NCBI GenBank assembly: GCA_041694885.1
Contig: JBGFRX010000001.1
Coordinates: 1 to 10,085, forward strand
DNA from: Candidatus Micrarchaeota archaeon
GTDB lineage: Archaea; Micrarchaeota; Micrarchaeia; Anstonellales; Bilamarchaeaceae
Length of the DNA stretch: 10,085 nucleotides
Reading direction: 5' to 3'
Under the pieces are notes generated by a model. It saw nothing but the letters and a program-made list of their open reading frames with translations, did not search any database and was not told the DNA's origin. The position numbers and the translations under genes were made by a program. Positions 5,689 to 10,085 of the stretch are shown piece by piece (within the stretch, counting starts at the first letter, position 1; every line of letters begins with the position of its first letter).

Positions 5689-8337
5689 ATGATAGACAAA
5701 AAAGAACTGCGCGCGAGATTCCAGAAGGACTGGAAGAAGCATTACGATATCAAATCCCTGAAGGAGAAGGGTTTCTCGAGGCAGAAGTGCAGGAAGTGCG
5801 GAAGGTATTTCTGGGCGCCTGCAGAAAGGGAGAGGTGCGCTGACCCTGCCTGCATCGGCTACGAATTTATAGGGAACGCGCCATCCAAAAGGCGACTGGG
5901 CTACGTGGAGACGTGGAACGAAGTCAAAAAATATTTCACTTCGCACGGGCACGGATACGTGGCTCCCTACCCTACAGTGGCGAGGTGGCGCGATGATTTG
6001 TATTTCACGATTGCGAGCATAAATGATTTCCAGCCCTACGTGGTGAACGGCGAACTGGAGCCGCCGAGCAATCCGCTCATAGTCCCGCAGCCGTGCATAA
6101 GGTTTGGTGACATAGGGAACGTAGGAGTTACCGGAAGGCACTACACGAATTTTGTGATGGTGGGACAGCACGCGTTCAACACGGAAAAGACCGGATTGTT
6201 CTACTGGAAAGACGAGGCACTCCTTCACGACATCGAATACCTGAAGGGTTTGGGAATAGGAGAGAAAGAGCTCGTGTTCATAGAGGACGTATGGGCAGGA
6301 GGAGGGAATTACGGCCCGAGTATGGAGTATTTTTCCCGCGGGCTCGAGCTCGGGAATTGCGTGTTCATACAGTACGAGACGACCAGGGGCGGGAACAGGG
6401 AACTCGAAACCAAGGTCATAGACATGGGTGCAGGGCTTTCCCGGCTCGCGTGGATTACCCACGGCTCGCCCACCAGTCATGAGATCGTATTCGGGAACGT
6501 GATAAAGGAAATGAGGAAGGACTTCGATGCGCACATAGACGAGAAATTGTTTTCCGAATACGCGAAAGTCGCTGGAGGACTCACCCTGGACGAAGTAGAG
6601 GATGTGGAAGCGGAGAAGGCGAGGGTGGCGAAGGCGCTTGGAACCACCAAGGAGGAGCTTTTCGACAAACTGGAGCCCCTGCAGGCGATTTACGCTGCTG
6701 CTGACCACACGTGCACCGCGCTCTTCACGGTTACAGACGGTATGCTGCCTTCGAACAGCGGAGGCGGGTATAATTTGCGCCTTGTTCTAAGGAGAGTATT
6801 CGGGTTCGAGGAAAGGAACGGATGGGAATTCGATTTCGGAAAGATTGTGAAGGGGCACGCGGAGCACCTTCGGGGAATTTTTCCCCACCTGAAAGAAGGG
6901 ATTGAGAGTACAACTGCAGTAATAGAAGAGGAGAAAAGGAAATTCAGGGCGACGAAGGAAAAATCAAAAGGAAAGGTCATCGCGTTGGTGAAAAGGGGAA
7001 AACCAGTGGGTTTCGGAGAACTGAAAACGCTCTACACGAGCTACGGGATTCCTCCTGAATACGTGGTTGAAGTTGGTTTGGAAAATAAGGTGCGCGTGGA
7101 GATGCCTGCGAATTTTTACGAGATGATTCGGGCTTCTGACGAAAGCGCGGAAGAAGCTGAGCCGAAGACAGATGTTGCGCAATTCCGGAAAACGGATGTG
7201 CTGTTTTATTCAGACGCAGGAGAGTTCTCTGCAAAAGTCCTCGGAGTGCTCGAGAACAGATATGTTGTGCTGGACAGGAGCGCATTTTACGCTGAAAGCG
7301 GAGGCCAGGTCGCTGACTCAGGAACTCTGGATGGAAAGAAAGTGAAAAACGTTACGAAGGCCGCAGGGGTTATTCTGCACAATGTGGAAAGCCCCCTGTC
7401 CTTCAAAGCAGGGCAGAAAGTTCTTGGAAAAGTGGATATTGCGCGAAGGAAAATTATTTCCAAAAATCATACTGGTGCGCACATGCTCAACGCTGCTGCG
7501 CGCTCTGTCCTTGGGCCGCATGTCTGGCAGGGCGGCTCGCACAATGACGCGGAAAAGGCGCACCTTGATCTAACCCATTACAAGCGGCTTACGCAGGAGG
7601 AACTGGATGCGATTGAAAGGAAAGTGAACGGATGGATAATGGATGACCTTCCAATAACTGTGGAGGTGCTGCCCAGAAATGTTGCTGAGGAGAAATACGG
7701 ATTCTGTCTTTACCAGGGTGGAGTGGTTCCTGGGAAGGAGCTGCGCATTGCGAAAATAGAGGGGGTGGACGTGGAGGCGTGCGGAGGAACCCACCACATG
7801 AACAAAACAACAGGAGAGCTGGGCTTCTTCAAGATAATCAGGAGGGAAGGAATACAGGACGGAATTGAGCGCATTACTTTCTCCACTGGTCCTGGGGCGC
7901 TTGCTTACGTGCAGAAGCAAGAGGTGCTGCTGCGCGATGCTGCTGCGAAATTGGGCGTTTCTGAATCCGAGCTTCCCCGGACAGTGGAAAGGTTTTTCGA
8001 GGAATGGAAGACAAGGGGCAAACGGCTTGAGGAATTGTCCGTTGCTCTTGCAGAGGAGGAGGCGAAGGAACTCCTGCTCGAGAGCGAAAAGAATGGAAAC
8101 TATGTTTTCAGAATTTTGGATGTTGATGCAGGAATTCTGATGGCGATTGCGCAGAAAATCGCTTCGGGGGATTCCGGCGCTGCTGCAATTGCGAACAAAT
8201 CCGGGAATTTGGTCTGCGCGTGCGGGAAGAAATCCAAATTCAGGGCGAACGAAATACTTAATGAAGTGGTGAAGAAATACGGGGGAAAAGGGGGTGGAAG
8301 CGCGCAATTGGCGAGCGGGAAAATAGAAAAAATTTAG
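5689..8337 (+). CDS. alaS: Alanine--tRNA ligase, archaeal type
   Basis: 882 aa: N-terminal CRKCG...CADPAC extension, PTVARWRDDLYFTIASI, QPCIR...VG.TGRH, WAGGGNYGP, ADH, FYAESGGQ, editing-site HTGAH and CGGTH, and C-Ala GGKGGG. Confidence 0.98.
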   Translation: MIDKKELRARFQKDWKKHYDIKSLKEKGFSRQKCRKCGRYFWAPAERERCADPACIGYEFIGNAPSKRRLGYVETWNEVKKYFTSHGHGYVAPYPTVARWRDDLYFTIASINDFQPYVVNGELEPPSNPLIVPQPCIRFGDIGNVGVTGRHYTNFVMVGQHAFNTEKTGLFYWKDEALLHDIEYLKGLGIGEKELVFIEDVWAGGGNYGPSMEYFSRGLELGNCVFIQYETTRGGNRELETKVIDMGAGLSRLAWITHGSPTSHEIVFGNVIKEMRKDFDAHIDEKLFSEYAKVAGGLTLDEVEDVEAEKARVAKALGTTKEELFDKLEPLQAIYAAADHTCTALFTVTDGMLPSNSGGGYNLRLVLRRVFGFEERNGWEFDFGKIVKGHAEHLRGIFPHLKEGIESTTAVIEEEKRKFRATKEKSKGKVIALVKRGKPVGFGELKTLYTSYGIPPEYVVEVGLENKVRVEMPANFYEMIRASDESAEEAEPKTDVAQFRKTDVLFYSDAGEFSAKVLGVLENRYVVLDRSAFYAESGGQVADSGTLDGKKVKNVTKAAGVILHNVESPLSFKAGQKVLGKVDIARRKIISKNHTGAHMLNAAARSVLGPHVWQGGSHNDAEKAHLDLTHYKRLTQEELDAIERKVNGWIMDDLPITVEVLPRNVAEEKYGFCLYQGGVVPGKELRIAKIEGVDVEACGGTHHMNKTTGELGFFKIIRREGIQDGIERITFSTGPGALAYVQKQEVLLRDAAAKLGVSESELPRTVERFFEEWKTRGKRLEELSVALAEEEAKELLLESEKNGNYVFRILDVDAGILMAIAQKIASGDSGAAAIANKSGNLVCACGKKSKFRANEILNEVVKKYGGKGGGSAQLASGKIEKI

Positions 8338-9047
8338 CGGCTTATTTGTTTCGGCTTTTTGAGGAATTCGAACCTTTCCGGGTTTTCCCAGAACTCTTTC
8401 AGCAAATCCGGGCATTCGAACCCGTATTTTGAGTTTATTTCTTCAGGCTTTTTCTTCCACGTTTCTCTTATCACGCAGTTCTCGTTCTGCTCCAGGCCAT
8501 AGCCAGTGATGTAATAGGCTGCTCCGCGGTCGTTCTTGTAGTCATCGTAAAGCGATTGGAACGAATCTGCGACCAGATTCCCGAGCACGAGCACCTTGTC
8601 TTTTGCCGCGTTCACACTAACGTGGCCCCAGTTAGGTGGAATGAGTAACACCTGCCCTTTTTCGCAATACGTTATGAGCACGTCCACGCTTCCGTCGCTC
8701 CTCTTTTTCTGGAGAATGAAAAACGCTTTGCCGTCAAGCACCTGGTAAATTTCAGGGTAGGAGAGGTTGCCCTGCGCAACAGGATGGTAATGGCCGTACG
8801 TCTTCGCGTATTCTCCCCCAATCGTTTTAGGGGGGATTATAGTGATGTCGTAGCGCAGGCCTTCCTTTTCCACTATTGAGCGGAACATGAAGTAGAGCGG
8901 AAAGTCGTGCCGCACTGCCTGCTTCTTCATGAGCACGTCGTTCATCTGCGAAATGCTGCGCACGGTAAACTCCTTCACTTCCCAGTTGACGAATACGCTC
9001 CTTCCCCTGACTTCTATCCTGATTGGTTCGGAGTAATAAAGAGCCAT
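8334..9047 (-). CDS. Cupin-type glucose-6-phosphate isomerase family protein
   Basis: LRYDITIIPP, EYAKTYGHYH, PEIYQVLDG, IPPNWGHVSVN and RGAAYY. Start placed at ATG 9047 behind SD-like AGGGGA (237 aa). Its stop overlaps the alaS stop. Confidence 0.9.
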   Translation of the reverse strand: MALYYSEPIRIEVRGRSVFVNWEVKEFTVRSISQMNDVLMKKQAVRHDFPLYFMFRSIVEKEGLRYDITIIPPKTIGGEYAKTYGHYHPVAQGNLSYPEIYQVLDGKAFFILQKKRSDGSVDVLITYCEKGQVLLIPPNWGHVSVNAAKDKVLVLGNLVADSFQSLYDDYKNDRGAAYYITGYGLEQNENCVIRETWKKKPEEINSKYGFECPDLLKEFWENPERFEFLKKPKQISR

Positions 9048-9057
9048 CACAATTCCC

Positions 9058-9456
9058 CTAAAGGGCTTCGCCGAAGCCCTTATGCCTCTGGAACTCGCGC
9101 GTCTTCTCGAGCACCTTGTACACAACCAGTTTTTCCTGCTTCATTTTGTGCAGAAGAGTTCTTAGAAAGGTGAGGAATTCGCTGTGCATGTGCCTGTGCT
9201 GCGCGAATTTCTCATCTAATTTCCTTATCGTCCTGTGCAGGCGCATCAGGAATTTCGCGGAAAGGAATTTTTCCCTCCCTTGCTCGTGCGAAAGGTACGC
9301 GTGTATCACTTTCCTGACCATCTGGAGTTCCTTGTGCAGCCGCGCTCCCTCTTTCTCTCTTTCCCCGACTTCGAGCTCGAACGCGTGCGCCATCCGGGCT
9401 ATGTAGCTCCAGTCTTCGTGCTCTATTCTTCTTTTGAGCTCAGAGGTCATATCCAT
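9058..9456 (-). CDS. Hypothetical His-rich alpha-helical protein, 132 aa
   Basis: ATG 9456 lies 24-31 nt downstream of TTTTTATA. Amphipathic charged helices and 11 His. Ends 10 nt before the PGI start. Confidence 0.75.
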   Translation of the reverse strand: MDMTSELKRRIEHEDWSYIARMAHAFELEVGEREKEGARLHKELQMVRKVIHAYLSHEQGREKFLSAKFLMRLHRTIRKLDEKFAQHRHMHSEFLTFLRTLLHKMKQEKLVVYKVLEKTREFQRHKGFGEAL

Positions 9457-9479
9457 AGGGCAAACAATTGCGGCTAAGG

Positions 9480-9490
9480 TATAAAAAGTT
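9480..9490 (-). promoter_or_regulatory. TATA box for the His-rich protein/PGI unit
   Basis: Minus strand AACTTTTTATA, at leaderless spacing from ATG 9456. Confidence 0.6.
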
Positions 9491-9603
9491 ATTTTAGAGA
9501 GCGGTTTCGTGTTTTGGTTTAGATATCTGCCCTCACTGGCCACATTCGTTGATGCCCCCCGACTCCTTTGTCATCGGGAGATTGTCCCAAGAGATCGCGG
9601 GTG

Positions 9604-9630
9604 AAAGAGAATAAAGTAATAAGAATGAGA
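9604..9630 (-). terminator. Pyrimidine/U-rich tract after the 5S rRNA, probable archaeal terminator
   Basis: Minus strand TCTCATTCTTATTACTTTATTCTCTTT immediately 3' of the 5S gene. Confidence 0.45.
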
Positions 9631-9746
<116 letters not shown>

Positions 9747-9767
9747 CTATTCCAATGCCTGAAAGTG

Positions 9768-9783
9768 TTTTTAAACTTATTTC
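9768..9783 (-). promoter_or_regulatory. BRE-TATA promoter of the 5S rRNA
   Basis: Minus strand GAAATAAG-TTTAAAAA, ending about 22 nt upstream of the 5S 5' end and overlapping the DUF2892 stop codon. Confidence 0.65.
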
Positions 9784-10022
9784 TTCTTCCCTTTGGGTTT
9801 TACCGCCTTAGGCGCGGTGCTCACTTTCAGATATCTGTAGAGCGGGGAGAATCCCGAAATGCTTGTGGCTAAGGCGATGAGTGCGATCACCAGCACCACG
9901 AGATTGAGTGGGTAGCTGGTTGGAACTCCAGGAATCGCCACGTAGCCCATATATGCAGCAGCGAGCGCAACTCCTACTATTCCCCTTATCGCACGATCCA
10001 GGTCGCCTATGTTTTTTTCCAT
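9777..10022 (-). CDS. DUF2892 (YgaP-like transmembrane) small membrane protein, 81 aa
   Basis: MEKNIGDLDRAIRGIVG, two hydrophobic helices and GFSPLY..L.VST. Strong SD AAGGTGA just upstream of ATG 10022. Confidence 0.88.
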   Translation of the reverse strand: MEKNIGDLDRAIRGIVGVALAAAYMGYVAIPGVPTSYPLNLVVLVIALIALATSISGFSPLYRYLKVSTAPKAVKPKGKKK

Positions 10023-10062
10023 TATTCTCACCTTTGGCTTCGCAAGGAATGCTGCCACTACC

Positions 10063-10080
10063 ATTAAAAACTTTTCGTCG
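10063..10080 (-). promoter_or_regulatory. BRE-TATA for the DUF2892 gene
   Basis: Minus strand CGACGAAAAG-TTTTTAAT about 41-48 nt upstream of the ATG, consistent with a short SD-containing leader. Confidence 0.5.
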
Positions 10081-10085
10081 AGGTG

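Noticed and set aside
5377..6708. 443-aa antisense ORF over alaS (also 7570..8415, 281 aa)
   Set aside because: Codon-aligned shadow of alaS. Antisense stops need sense TTA/CTA/TCA, which are rare in this gene, and the translation shows no recognisable motifs.

Overview
Gene-dense archaeal chromosomal segment. The archaeal-type AlaRS, split GMP synthase, Dph6, cupin PGI, TATA/BRE promoters and stand-alone 5S rRNA show it is archaeal; a DPANN (Micrarchaeota-like) origin is my inference. Gene order: a secreted Cys-rich beta-helix-like protein running off the left edge (missing from the ORF track), GMP synthase glutaminase subunit, an orphan ATPase-associated C-terminal fragment, M24 peptidase, diphthine-ammonia ligase, a candidate 29-aa K/R-rich microprotein, a hypothetical protein, an AzgA-type NCS2 purine permease, a hypothetical protein, alaS, cupin glucose-6-phosphate isomerase, a His-rich helical protein, 5S rRNA and a DUF2892 protein. 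I found no CRISPR array, intact transposase or defence cassette, and cannot support a new multi-gene system. The best leads are the eL41-like microprotein, an Asp-to-Thr change at the AlaRS G3:U70-reading position, the nuclease-like tail in frame behind the guaAA amber stop, and a shortened 5S helix IV. Family motifs are quoted from memory; no searches were run.
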